64,000 nt of DNA from Octopus sinensis (GCF_006345805.1 NC_043010.1:5456001-5520000), one strand, 5' to 3'; shown: positions 27,624 to 40,312, counted from the first letter of the stretch. A program made the numbers and translations. Notes: generated by a model from the letters alone, not told the origin.

Positions 27624-27990
27624 TATTAATAATATGATAGTAATAATACTTATGATAAAAATAATATATTGAAGACTTATTTTCTAAAATATCATTTCTT
27701 CAGAATATGAATAACAGAAAAAATTCTAAATTTCTTCTACATTTTTTTTTGTCATGAAGGGCACACTCAATAGTTCTAGAATCACTGAATAATGACCCAA
27801 AGAATTCAAGGATTATGAATAAAAGAATTTATGCAGACGATCTTTATGAAATTATAGTTATTATCTAAAAACTTTAAAATACACACACACATATTTCAAT
27901 GATTGATTAAAAAAATTTTTTTGTTGTTTTTTTTTCTGAAGTTTTTTTATAAAAAATGTTATTTTCAAAATGCAAGTTAAAAAAATAAGA

Positions 27991-28025
<35 letters not shown>

Positions 28026-28037
28026 CAAAATGTTGTA

Positions 28038-28288
28038 TTATGGCACATTTGGAATTGCTGGTAAAGGTTTGTTTGTGGAAGAAAAGCTATTTTTCAATGG
28101 TAGCTGTTGAAATGTACTGTCTGGTGAAAACGATTTTAATTTCGTATTTTCATCAGTGTTAGTATCTACATTATTGTCTGGTAATTTAGGGCGTGGCACG
28201 GTCCCTGTATTATTATTCCTTGGAAGGGTACTGTCTGGTTTTGGTGTTTCTTCTTCTGGGTGAGTTTCTTGTCTCCTAAGGTAAGGAT
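28038..28288 (-). CDS. Terminal coding exon: DPYLRRQETHPEEETPKP...NKPLPAIPNVP*
   Basis: Lies in ORF 28038..28328(-). Strong acceptor tattttctgtttcttattctgcag ends 28289. Phase 1 matches the upstream exon (G|AT = Asp). Stop TAA at 28040-28038. Confidence 0.72.
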
Positions 28289-29143
28289 CTGCAGAATAAG
28301 AAACAGAAAATAGAATTAAGAAAAACACTTGAAATGTGAAACTTGCAAGAAAATAATGATTTTAGATAGTTTTTTACGGACCTAAGCAATTAGTCTAAAA
28401 GCTCTCTCTTCCACCTATTCTGTCCTCACTTTTCTCATTCCTTTGTAGAATTTTCTCAAAGAAAATTTACAACACAGGTGCAGGAGTGGCTGTGTGGTAA
28501 GTAGCTTTCTTATCAACCACATGGTTCCGGGTTCAGTCCTACTTCGTGGCACCTTGGACAAGTGTCTTCTACTATAGCCTTGGGCCGACCAAAGCCTTGT
28601 GAGTGGATTTGGTAGACGGAAACTGAAAGAAGCCCGTCGCATAAATGTATATATATATGTGTGTGTGTGTTTGTCCCCCCAACATCGCTTGATAACCGAT
28701 GCTGGTGTGTTTACATCCCCGTAACTTAGCAATAGAAACAGATAGAATAAGTACTAGGCTTATTTAGTATCCTCACTTTGTACCTCATTTTTGTCAGCTG
28801 AGTGGACTGGAGCAACGTGAAATGAAGTGCTTTGCTCAAGAACACAACGCGTTGCCTGGTCCAGGAATCGAAACCACAATCTTACGATCATGATGCTGAC
28901 TCCCTAACCACTAAGCCACGCACCTCCACCATATATATATGTGTGTGTGTGTGTGTATACACACACACAACACACACACACACACACACATGCACACACA
29001 CACAACACACATATATACATAAATATATCCATTGCTGTCAAAGTAGCATCCTACAGATTTTGTCATTCATGGCTGTCTTGAACCATGGAATTTATATAGA
29101 AAAACTGATATATTCTGCAAATGAATAATTTCTAACTACATAC

Positions 29144-29329
29144 CTGGTAATTCCTCATAATGTGTCGTGTATCCTTCACTGTATCCACGGCCACTGTCTG
29201 CATAGGATATCGTCGATAAATCACTATAGCAATAGGGTGACGTAAACTTTGTTTCTTTGTCTCCAGCAGTATCAGGGCTTGTGGTGGTTCTTTGAATGGT
29301 TATTTTAGGCTGAAAAGACAATGGAACAG
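29144..29329 (-). CDS. Internal exon (186 nt, phase 1-1): TVPLSFQPKITIQRTTTSPDTAGDKETKFTSPYCYSDLSTISYADSGRGYSEGYTTHYEELP
   Basis: Lies in ORF 29136..29339(-). Acceptor cttattttccactattgtttatag ends 29330 (alternative ttttcag ends 29310, phase 0). Donor G|gtatgt at 29143. Non-repetitive, protein-like sequence that splices in frame to the terminal exon. Confidence 0.7.
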
Positions 29330-29873
29330 CTATAAACAATAGTGGAAAATAAGATGATACTGAAATGTTGTATTATACTTTATTATAATATAACTAGCAG
29401 TATCGCACTATAAACAATAGTGGAAAATAAGATGATACTGAAATGTTGTATTATACTTTATTATAATATAACTAGCAGTATCGCACTATAAACAATAGTG
29501 GAAAATAAGATGATACTGAATGTTGTATTATACTTTATTATAATATAACTAGCAGTATCGCACTATAAACAATAGTGGAAAATAAGATGATACTGAAATG
29601 TTGTATTATACTTTATTATAATATAACTAGCAGTATCGCACTATAAACAATAGTGGAAAATAAGATGATACTGAAATGTTGTATTATACTTTATTATAAT
29701 ATAACTAGCAGTATCGCACTATAAACAATAGTGGAAAATAAGATGATACTGAAATGTTGTATTATACTTTATTATAATATAACTAGCAGTATCGCACTAT
29801 AAACAATAGTGGAAAATAAGATGATACTGAAATGTTGTATTATACTTTATTATAATATAACTAGCAGTATCGC
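29330..29873. repeat. 78-bp tandem array, 7 units
   Basis: Units start at 29330, 29408, 29486, 29563 (after a 1-bp deletion), 29641, 29719 and 29797. Each unit is 64 bp of intron plus the 13-bp Helitron terminus ctagcagtatcgc and a linking a; the last unit runs into the Helitron. Confidence 0.97.
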
Positions 29874-30257
29874 CCGGCGTTGCTCGGGTTTGTAAGGGAA
29901 ATAACTATATAAGCATTTTTAGAGAGTTATAGCCAAAAAATAACAAAAAAATGCATTAAAAATGGAAAAAAATGATGGTAATTTTTTTTTAAATCGTTGA
30001 CTCATCGTAGACATTTTTAGAGAGTTCCTTCCCTTATATAATAGCGGAAAAAATGCATTAAAATGCGAAAAAATGATGGTAAATTTTTTTTTAAATTGTA
30101 GACTCATCGTAGACGCGCGCTAATACCCAGAAGGGCTCGATATGAATCACGACTATAAGATACCCGCTTTTGGTTAAACTGCACTGCAAAATGTGGGGGT
30201 AGTTAGGAATCTAAATCATAGGAGACAGACACACAACTTCACTTTTATATATAAAGA
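29861..30257 (-). mobile_element. Non-autonomous Helitron
   Basis: Minus strand: A|TCTTTATATATAAAAG...CCCGAGCAACGCCGGG hairpin...CTAG|T, inserted between A and T with no TSD. Confidence 0.85.
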
Positions 30258-30274
30258 TTATAATATAATATCTA

Positions 30275-30491
30275 AGGCGGCGAGCTGGCAGAAACGTTAG
30301 CATGCCAGGCAAAATGCTTAGCAGTATTTCGTCAGTCATTACGTTCTGAGTTCAAATTCAGCCGAGGTAAGCTTTGCCTTTAATCCTTTCAGGGTCGATA
30401 AATTAAGTACCAGTTGCGTACTGGGATCGATCTAACCAACTGACCCCCTCCCCTAAAATTTAGGGCCTTGTGCTTAGAGTAGAAACGATTA
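30275..30491 (+). mobile_element. tRNA-derived SINE, family F; relatives at 6014-6200(-), 9357-9585(+), 9647-9830(+), 26925-27135(-), 27165-27372(-), 59593-59790(-), 60960-61155(-)
   Basis: Head ggcggcgagctggcag, B-box gagttcaaattc and core ctttgcctttaatcctttcagggtcgataaattaagtaccag. I recall this core as Meta-domain-like; not verified. Confidence 0.8.
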
Positions 30492-30593
30492 TAATATAGT
30501 ATCTATAATACTATATTTTACATTCAGTTTCTCTTAGATTTTACATTCCACTTCTTTTCATTGCTTTCCATAGTTATTATATCATATTCTATA

Positions 30594-30934
30594 TCTTTAT
30601 ATATAAAAGAGAGGTTGTGTGCTGTCTGTCTCCTACGATTTAGATTCCTAACTACTCCCACATTTTGCGGTGCAGTTTAACCAAAAGCGGGTATCTTATA
30701 GTCGTGATTCATATTGAGCCCTTCTGCGTATTTTTAATGCATTTTTTTGCTATTGTATAAGGGAAGTAACTCTCTAAAAATGTATTATTAATCTCAGAAC
30801 GTAAAAAGCTACAGTAACACCCCCCCCCCTTTGTGGTTAGCCATATTGAGATGGCTATTATACTTTACATCTCTAAAAATGCTTATATAGTTATTTCCCT
30901 TACAAACCCAAGCAACGCCAGGCGATACTTCTAG
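30594..30934 (+). mobile_element. Non-autonomous Helitron, same family, internally deleted
   Basis: a|tctttatatataaaag...cccaagcaacgccaggcgatacttctag|t. Confidence 0.85.
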
Positions 30935-31599
30935 TCTATTATATAATATGTATTTCATATCATATTATGTCATATTATTAATTTCTGGTTCATTTGATTA
31001 TTTATTCAGTTCTTGCATAAAATGTGTAATTTTTATTCAGTGTACATCAGATTTTGCCTCTCCAGTATTGGTTCCTCAGTTGCTCTTCTTCCCCTCCTCA
31101 TCATTCCCCTCACAATTTTCCTCCACTTCTAACTTCACCTTTTCCTCTACCTTCTTCTCGTCCTCCTATGCTTCTCTTCATTCACTTCTTTCACTACCTC
31201 CTTAACAACAACAACAAGAAAAACAACAGCCTGTTTTTGAGCTAGTTAATTTTCTGCCATTAAAAGTTTAGGTGTTTTAGTCATGATCATTCCAAACTGT
31301 GGGTGACAGGATACGAATTGTTGACCTTTACATAGGCTATCTGGTATCTCATCAACTCAGCCTTCCAAACTCTCTACAGTCTATCCATAATCTATAATCT
31401 ATAATATTGTTCTGCTTGTCGCAACATGTGTTCTTGTGTTATGCTTTTAGCGAGCTTAAAACAATTTCAAAGACACAATGAAAATCTTTAACGTAACAAT
31501 TTAAGTTCAAATGTTAAACCTTTGACAACGTTAAATTAAGAATGAAGCTGAAGAATGACTCAAATTCTTTTTAACAATGAAACAAGTGTCATGCTTTAA

Positions 31600-31922
31600 T
31601 CCTTTTGTTACTAGATTTCAGATGAAATACACCGCCTTTATTACTATTAATTTCGAAAATAATGAAGAATTTAGTAAAATAAATTTGTCAATTCTTCTTT
31701 TGCTGGTGTCTCAAATTTAGAGCTGAAACTGGCTCTGGTTCTGAGTACAAATGTCTTGTTTTCATAAGTTTTGTATTAAAATCTTTCACCAAACCTTAGT
31801 CACAATTAATGTTCCTAACACTAGATTAATAATAACTAAGTTATTTTACTAAATTCTTTGTTATATTTAAAGTAATTGAAAGAAACACAGAGCATCTCAA
31901 AATAAATACAGTAACGAAAGGG
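31600..31922. mobile_element. piggyBac-like MITE, same family in the opposite orientation
   Basis: TTAA|TCCTTTTGTTAC...GTAACGAAAGGG|TTAA; about 190 bp are reverse-complementary to 24286-24470. Confidence 0.8.
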
Positions 31923-31956
31923 TTAAGATAGTGTTTGGAACTTAAATTAACGTCTA

Positions 31957-32361
31957 GGCGCAGAAGTGGCTGTGTGGTAAGTAGCTTGCTAACCAACCAC
32001 ATGGTTCCGGGTTTAGTCCCACTGCGTGGCATCTTGGGCAAGTGTCTTCTACTATAGCCCCGGGCCGACCAATGCCTTGTGAGTGGATTTGGTAGATGGA
32101 AACTGAAAGAAGCCCGTCGTATATATGTATATATATATATATATGCGTGTGTGTGTTTGTGTGTCTGTGCTTGACAACCGATGCTGGTGTGTTTACGTCC
32201 CCGTCACTTAGCGGTTCGGCAAAAGAGAACCGATAGAATAAGTACTGGGCTTACAAAAGAATAAGTCCCGGGGTCGATTTGCTCGACTAAAGGCGGTGCT
32301 CCAGCATGGCCGCAGTCAAATGACTGAAACAAGTAAAAGAGTAAAAGAGTAAAGAGAGTAA
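31957..32361 (+). mobile_element. SINE family A, full length
   Basis: Same family as 19687. Confidence 0.92.
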
Positions 32362-32484
32362 TGTAATTTTGATGGAAGGTTTTACTTTGTTTTTATACAT
32401 ATCACTTTCAACAGGAAATTTGTATTATAGAACCAGGAGAAGTTTTGTGAACGTTGGTGTCTAAAGAGTTATATAATCTTGACT

Positions 32485-32898
32485 TTACTCTCTTTTACTC
32501 TTTTACTTGTTTCAGTCATTTGACTGCGGCCATGCTGGAGCACTGCCTTTAGTCGAGCAAATCGACCCCGGGAATTATTCTTTGTAAGTCCAGTACTTAT
32601 TCTATCGGTCTCTTTTGCCGAACCGCTAAGTGACGGGGACGTAAACACACCAGCATCTGTTGTCAAGCAATGCTAGAGGGACAAACACAGACACACAAAT
32701 ACATACACGCATACATATATACATATACATATGTACGACAGGCTTCTTTCAGTTTCCGTCTACCAAATCCACTCACAAGGCATTGGTCGGGCCGGGACTA
32801 TAGCAGAAGACACTTGCCCAAGATGCCACGCAGTGGGACTGAACCCGGAACCATGTGGTTGGTTAGCAAGCTACTTACCACACAGCCACTCCTGCGCC
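32485..32898 (-). mobile_element. SINE family A, full length, inverted relative to the 31957 copy
   Basis: Same family, opposite strand. Confidence 0.92.
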
Positions 32899-33067
32899 TA
32901 TGGAACAAAATTTTTTAAAAATTGAAATCTTTAACATAATGAAACAATGTTAAAAAAGTTTCTAAATGCATGCATCAGAATAGAAACAAGGAAACTGATA
33001 AAATGTGGAACTTTCATTGTCCCACTGTTATATATAAATGAGTGCATCTTCAATTTGGTTTCTGTGT

Positions 33068-33372
33068 CTAGTTAGTTAGTTAGTTAATTTGGCTCAAAAG
33101 CAAATAGCAAGGCCATGTAGGGGGACATGGAGTTAAGTACAGGGTGGTGTTCATGTAAAGAGTTCAGGCCACTTGAGGTCCAGGGAGGCTTTGAACAAAG
33201 CGGTCGTCGGATCTTCACCATCTCGTCTGGCAGCTTGTTCCACGGATCCACAACCCGGACGGAGAAAGCTCCTCTCCTTCGATTGAGATGAAATCGTCGC
33301 AGGTAGAGCTTTTCGGAATGACCCCGCAGCCGACGCTCTGGAGCAGGAGTGAAGAACAGCTCTTTCGAGAGG
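33068..33372 (-). mobile_element. 3' end of a CR1-like LINE with an (AACT)n tail
   Basis: Minus-strand RLRGHSEKLYLRRFHLNRRRGAFSVRVVDPWNKLPDE matches the CR1-clade RGHxxKL...FSxRVVxxWNxLP motif. Confidence 0.8.
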
Positions 33373-33864
33373 TTATACTTTCCGCTATCCTCACCTATCT
33401 TTTATTTTTTATCTTTTAGTTGTTTCAATCATTAAACTGGGGTCATTTCGGGGTATGAACCAACCCCAGTACATCTTTTTCCTTTTTAAAGCTTGATACT
33501 TATTTTATCAGTCTCTTTTTGTCAAACCACTGTACAAGGATGTAATGACACAAGCACCAGTTGTCAAGCAGTGATTGGGGACAAACACACACACACACAT
33601 GATAGGCTCCTTTTGGTTTCCATCTACCAAATTCACACATGAGTTTTTGGTCGGCCCAAGGCTATAGTAGAAGACACTCGCCCAAGGTGCCACACTGTGG
33701 GACTGAACCTGAAACCATGTGGTTGGGAAGCAAAATTCGTACCACACAGCCATGTCTGCACCTGGTCATAAATATTGAGTAATGACCCAAAAATCATGAT
33801 TGCAAATACAAACAGCTGAAATTGGGTTCCTCTGAAAGATCTCTAAAGTAACACTATTTGACAG

Positions 33865-34010
33865 GGTTCCCAGCATTGAGAGGTCACAACTCTGGTACTA
33901 CAGACATGTTATTAGAATGTCACTATAAAGGATTACAAGGTGGACTCTTCAAGCAGAATCAACCAGCAGGAGACCTAATGGTAGATGTAAAACGAAGTGG
34001 TTGGATAATA
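33865..34010 (+). mobile_element. Short RTE-like LINE C-terminal fragment
   Basis: IERSQLWYYRHVIRM resembles the RTE QLRWFGHVxRM motif. Confidence 0.5.
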
Positions 34011-34188
34011 ATCATAGGCTCAGGCATGGTCGTGTGGTAAGAAGCTTGTTGTTTTCCAATCATATGGTTCTGGGTTCAATCCCACTGTGTGGCACCTTGA
34101 GTAAGTGTCTTCTACTACGGTTTCAGGCCAACAAAAACCTTGTGAGTGGATTTGGCAGATGGAAACTGAAAGAAGCCCATCGTATATA

Positions 34189-35062
34189 CATGGTGTGATG
34201 GGTAAATTGTTGCCATTTTATATTTTTTTAATTTTGTGCATGCACATTGATTGTTTTTGACTTTGTCAACTACAGAGTATTGTAGGGTCAGTTGGGCACC
34301 ATCTGTAAGAAAACAGCACCACGACACAATTTACTCTGCTGGAAATTTAGAAATGACTTGCTGTACTGCTTGGCATTCACACTGGAAGCTCCAACACAAA
34401 CATTTCAGAATGTTTGGATGTCAATCTGAGGACAGGTACCAAGAGTGATAAAAATCAAACATCTAGTCAACATCATGGTGTTTGGAGTGATCACGAGTGA
34501 TGGTGACATTATGCCTCTATTCATCTTTCCACATGGCTTCACACTCAACACAGAGACCTACATTCAGTGCCTGGAGGAGGTAATGCTGCCCTGAATCAAG
34601 AGAATGGCTGTTGGAAGACCTTGTATTTGGCAACAGGGCTCTGCACTATGCCACGCAAGCAGGAGAACCTAGTCATGGCTGTCAGACAATTTCTATGACC
34701 ACATCGTCCCTAACATCTGGCCATCTAACTCCCCAAACTGCAACCCCCTTGGTTATTATGTGTAGGGTGCAGTTGAGTGAAAGATCAATAAAACTCCTTG
34801 TAACACCATAGATGAACTGAAGGCAAGGATTATGGCTGTATTCACCAACCTTAACAAGGGGACTGTCCAGAAGAGATGCAGGAGATTCTGAAGTCATCTG
34901 GGGGCCATGGTTGAAGCCAATGGCGATTTTATGGAATAAATTTACTCCGTAGTATTTCAAAATATTTTTATGCAATTTTGGTAAAAATGTCTGTTAAAAT
35001 AAGATGTCAGTGTTATTTTCCTTTCTGTGTAATTTAGATGACAGTTTATTAACTGCACCCTG
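34189..35062 (+). mobile_element. Internally deleted maT-type (DD37D) Tc1/mariner element
   Basis: IMVFGVITSDG...WQQGSALCH...WPSNSPNCNPLGYY, with 37 residues between the second and third catalytic positions (both now Gly) and in-frame stops. TA flanks and ca(t/g)ggtg termini. Confidence 0.8.
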
Positions 35063-35297
35063 TATGTATGTGTGTGTGTGTCTTTGTGTCTGTATTTGTC
35101 CCCACACCATCGCTTGACAACCGATGTTGGTGTGTTTACATCCCTGTAAATTAGCAGTTTGGCAAAAAAGACTGATAGAATAAGTACCAGGCTTACAAAG
35201 AATAAGTCTCGGCTAAAAGGTGGTGTTCCAGCATGGCCACAGTCAAATGACTGAAACACTGTAAAAGAATATTAGAAATAGTCTCTATTGCTCATAC

Positions 35298-35396
35298 TTT
35301 GGAATCTAGCTGAAGAATGTGAAGTCAGCTGTTTCCACCCCAGGGAGGAGGTGCCTGAGCACTGATCCATGGTGCCTCTACATATCAATAATAGCC
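35298..35396 (-). CDS. Internal exon (99 nt, phase 1-1) of an unidentified minus-strand gene: (x)YYLICRGTMDQCSGTSSLGWKQLTSHSSARFQ
   Basis: Minus-strand acceptor tattttccttttag ending 35397 and donor gtatgag starting 35297. Only one frame is open, and its phase-1 end joins in frame to the 29329 exon. A weaker alternative AG ends at 35378. Confidence 0.55.
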
Positions 35397-36049
35397 TAAA
35401 AGGAAAATATATATTACCATTAGATTCAATTAAATATAATTTGTATGAATAAGTGTTATGCTTTTGTAAGTGTTTTTATCTACCCATGTAGTTGTGAGCA
35501 GGCACAAACACAACGTTTGACTTAATGGAACATGCAGAATGTAACAGCTTTCACACATTAACCACGTTCAATATTTAAGTTTAGCTATTATGCAGTGTCA
35601 CACTTAATGGGTAAGTTTCTCAAAATCTGCCCATCATTTGCAGAATACTTTTGATAACACCAGAGGTTATGGCTTCTCCTTCATTTTCTTACTCTGAGTT
35701 CTATGATTTTGGAACATCCAATTCTATTTCTATGTCAAATTCCATTTTCTCTCTCTCTCTCTGTCTTTTAATTCTAAATTTATTTATAAATGAATAAATA
35801 ATTAACAAATATGCTTTGGTGTTCGCCTGGCACCTGTGCGGGTGGCATGTAAAAAGCACCCACTACACTCACGGAGTGGTTGGTGTTAGAAAGGGCATTC
35901 AGCTGTAGAAACATTGCCAGATAAGACTGGAGCCTGGTGCAGCCTTCTGGCTTCCCAGATCCCTGGTCGAACCGTCCAACCCATGCTAGCATGGAGAACG
36001 GACGTTAAACGATGATGATGATGATGATGTCATCCAGTTAATGGAAGCA

Positions 36050-37110
36050 GTCAAGTTCTTCAATGGAACTATCTGGGCATTTGAAGGTATCTATTTCATT
36101 GAGCGTTCATACTGTTAATTGCCCCTGTCTGTAAATACGACAAAGACTTTGTTGTCTTTCTTTGTTGGTCTGCCTGTGATCCCATTACCACACTTGTGCA
36201 CCCAGTGTTTACAATAGAAACTCGCTATGAAATTCCTACTGACTCCTTTTCAAAATGTAGAGGATGGTAACATCCTTAATTGTAAAAGAGTCTTGGTTTT
36301 TTTGTTTTTTGGTTTTTTTTTTTACTAACTAAACGTTTTGTCTTAGCTTGGTTTACTTTAAGGCTTTTTGAATTGAGGTTTTGCTTCCACATGTAAAACT
36401 TCTTTCTGGAGATTCAGTTATAAGAACTAGGTCATTGGCAAACAAAAGTTCTCACAGATTACTGGTCTTAAAGTCCTCCAGTATGGCCTATGACAAGCTG
36501 ATAAACACGAAGGAGACAAGAAACAAGGTCTAATGAACACCTATTTACAAGCTAAATTCCTCACTCATCTCATTGTTATCTTTCACACAGCTGACACTAT
36601 CTCTGCATATCTTGTATGGTTTTCAAGATATTCAGTTATGTGTAATTTTCTTAGTAAATTCTCTAAGACAATGAATGTAAGGTGCAGTAGGTCTCTCTTA
36701 GTTCTCCTGTAGCTGTCTCAAGAGAAAGAAGGTACCAGTGGTTTCCCATTCCTGGCACAAACCTGAAGTGTACCACATCGGATTTAATTTTCTTCCTAAT
36801 TAGTTATGCTCCCATTTTGTTACTCTCTTAAATTGCTTTATTAGCGTAATACTTATTAGGTGCTTATTATTAGGATAACAGTTTCCTTTGCCCCTGCAGC
36901 AATTGATAACAATATTGTTACACCTGTCATTAACAATGACACCTCCCTGTTCTGCCTGATTATGTATGTCATTAGTGCATGCTTTAATATTTCTAGTATC
37001 TCAGAGACTCTCTGTGATTGTCCAGCAGTTTGGGCCCTCTGTTAAATCTTGTATTTTGTTCTTTTATTGACCTCTTGCAGCAGCCTTGAAAATCTTTTTC
37101 CCCAATTCAT
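36050..37110 (-). mobile_element. Decayed RTE-clade LINE RT fragment
   Basis: Minus-strand translation gives GVIVNDRCNNIVINCCRGKG, RFVPGMG, LRQLQE and ELLFANDLVLITES. Confidence 0.75.
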
Positions 37111-37454
37111 TATAAAGATGTTTGCACTTAGATAAATTTTTATGTTTCTATTTTGTTAACTTCATAGTATGAGAAAATAATCAAGAATGATTAAACCATA
37201 TGATTATTGAAATCCTTTGATTGGTTGATCATGTATGCAGTGGACAGTTTTAGATTTCAAGGAAGGGGTTTGGTGTCAAAAGATTATTGGTGTATTTTAA
37301 TAATGCAGTTAATTAGAGGAACTCAAACAGAATAATGGACAATTCCATGGTTGGTTAAGCCACTGTGATACTACTGGAAATGTTGCTTTTTAATGATACA
37401 CAAGAACAACACCCTTTGATTGTGAGAAGACTTGGTTTTCAGTAAAAGATATGC

Positions 37455-37834
37455 TCAGGAGTGGCTGTGTGGTAAGTAGCTTGCTAATCAACCACATGGT
37501 TCCGGGTTCAGTCCCACTGCGTGGCATCTTGGGCAAGTGTCTTCTGCTACAGGCCCGGGCCGACCAATGCCTTGTGAGTGGATTTGGTAGACGGAAACTG
37601 AAAGAAGCCTGTCGTATATATGTATATATGTGTATGTGTTTGTCCCCCTAGCATTGCTTGACAACCGATGCTGGTGTGTTTACGTCCCCGTAACTTAGCG
37701 GTTTGGCAAAAGAGACCGATAGAATACGTACTGGGCTTACAAAGAATAAGTCCCGGGGTCGATTTGCTCGACTAAAGGCGGTGCTCCAGCATGGCCGCAG
37801 TCAAATGACTGAAACAAGTAAAAAAGTAAAAGAG
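37455..37834 (+). mobile_element. SINE family A
   Basis: Same family as 19687. Confidence 0.9.
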
Positions 37835-38712
37835 TCATAAATTTCACAAAATATTCTATTATTTACTTTTTATTTTAACTATTTACTGAATGGAGACTGG
37901 GGTCAGGGTTAATTGCCACTTTTAGACACGCATTGCAATTCCTGCAATGGAATATGAGTTGTCAGTCAGCTGGTTAGCAACTTTGAGTTTTTCGTTATTA
38001 AGTGCTCAATCAGAAGGTGAAGGACAACACCTTTTGTCACACGTTTGTTTGATCAGGGCTAACCTGAAGCAAAAGAAGTTTTCCTGCAATCTAAATATTT
38101 TAAACAATAAATGGATGACAAGGCTCTGAGGCTCCCAGATAAGATATTCAATTAAGCTGAATCTAAACATTTCTAAACATTTCTCATACCAATTCTAAAT
38201 CAATAATACACTCTGAGATTCCTCACCACTAAAAATAAAATCAGTTCTAATTTAGAATAAATAAAATCTATTATTTTATAATGATGCTAACAAAAATCTA
38301 ATTACTGACTTGCTTTTGCTATGTTTTTTGTTTCTTTTCTTTTATCTCTTTTACAGTGAAGAAATGCATTCTGCCTTTTTTGAAATTTCATAGAAAAAAT
38401 GTTTGATGTATTTATTCTCTGTTAAAATCAAGAGGATTCAATTTTAGCACTATCATTTGAATGTATGCACCTTCTTGATACAGCGCAATTTAATCATATA
38501 TAAGTATTCCACATGACCCAAAAAGGGTATTTATTGCATTAGAGACACATTATTTAGGAATTTACACAAAAATTATTATCTGTATTTGGCATGTTGGTTT
38601 CTATAGAATATCATTTATCATGAGAATATTCTTTTCATAGTTACTTTTGCTAGATAAGAATGAATGTATATATGTGTGTAGATATATATATATATATATA
38701 TATTTATTTGTA

Positions 38713-38778
<66 letters not shown>

Positions 38779-39729
38779 ATATATATATACTGAAATAAAA
38801 ATATTTAAACAAACTGCCTTTCTATTAAATTTTTCTGACAATGTTTGCTTCTTGCCAATATCTTTTTACACAAGTCTAGACTTGGAAATGATTTAAAATA
38901 AACTAAAATACAACACAACATTGAATGTAAAGAGATCACCAGTATAATGCTTTCAAACTGTAGAGGCAGAGCTGAGTTAGTAAGAAAACACAATGGTTTT
39001 GTGAATGTTTGGAATTATTCTTCGAAATAAATCAAATTCTAAAGTTTCTATGTTATGCTATTAAGTATGTGTATTTGTGGATATGTCTGTGTATACAGGA
39101 GGCTACCAGTGTTTATGCCTGTCTATGTTTGTGGATTTTTATATGGAACTATACATCTACATATTCCTGCATATATATGCATATGGAGGCATCACTATCT
39201 AAATGAATATGGATGTGAATATAAGTGAATATGAGTGCTTACATAATTAAGTATATAATTATATACTTAAAAATCAATTTTACTGATATAGTGTTTTTTT
39301 TATATGCTAGCCACAGATACAATCACTTTCATAATTATATCCTTAATTTATAAGTATAAATAATTTTGAGTTCTCTAGTTATTATATTATGCTGTGATAC
39401 TATATATTAACCCATATGATTTCTGACATTAACCACATGGCTGAAATGGGTGATTAGTTGTAATGTAAATGTGGGAAATTCATGTATATATTGGTATTTG
39501 TTTGCAGAAATTTATCAGTATGTATATGTATTTTCCACTCATACATTGTCGGTATATCTCTACTGAGGAGTGTAATATAATCTTAATTACAAAGCATGAA
39601 ATCTTAAGATACAGGATTATCCAAAATTTGCAAATCTTCTTGCTCAGTAACTCGCATTCAGCCTTGGATTGTAAATAGAGAGCAAATTTAGAGTGGATTG
39701 CAGACATTTGACATCTACTTCTAGCATAT

Positions 39730-39950
39730 AGGCGTTGACAGTCCAGCACCCACTTCACCATGATAGATCGCTAGGTGCTACACATTCTTTATTTTCTCTC
39801 CTTGTTTCTTTCTGTGTTCCTGTCTGTGGAAGAGCGTAGGCTCGAAACGTTAAAGACTTTTTCACTTCCCAAGCATTATACTAATACATCTGTTTGTTGT
39901 CTACACCACCTGTTTTCGCCTTTTGTTATTTTTCTGTGAATTCTCCCCCT
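39730..39950 (+). mobile_element. Penelope-like remnant, family a (hammerhead motif 39819-39856, core CUGUGGA)
   Basis: Shares gaagagcgtaggctcgaaacgttaaagac and the downstream ctaatac...ccacctg...cttttg tail with the 43694 copy; helix I is decayed. Confidence 0.65.
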
Positions 39951-39976
39951 ACATATATATATATGTGTATGTGTAT

Positions 39977-40018
<42 letters not shown>

Positions 40019-40269
40019 GAAGTAAAAAACAGGATTAAAAGATCCTGGCAAATATCAATAAAGCACTAAGAATTAAAGGAATTTGCTTATTTAACAACTA
40101 GACACCAGTAAATGTAAGTAGAACACAGATCCCAGGTACATCTTCATGCAAACAGGTAAATCCAAATATTCTTTGACTGAATTTCAAGAAGTTCAGAGTA
40201 TTTGACGACAAAAGAGATGACTAGAGAAAATCACCTCTTTATTGTAGATATCTGACAACTGTTTCTATT

Positions 40270-40312
<43 letters not shown>

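Noticed and set aside
31545-31600. CUGAAGA...GAAACAAGUGUC hammerhead-like string
   Set aside because: Helix I and helix II do not pair convincingly; probably chance or decayed beyond support.
40247-40280. Minus-strand half hammerhead (UAUUA-UUG-UAAUA-GAAAC-AGUU-GUC)
   Set aside because: The CUGANGA half is absent and replaced by (TA)n, so it cannot be called a ribozyme. It may be a truncated Penelope end.
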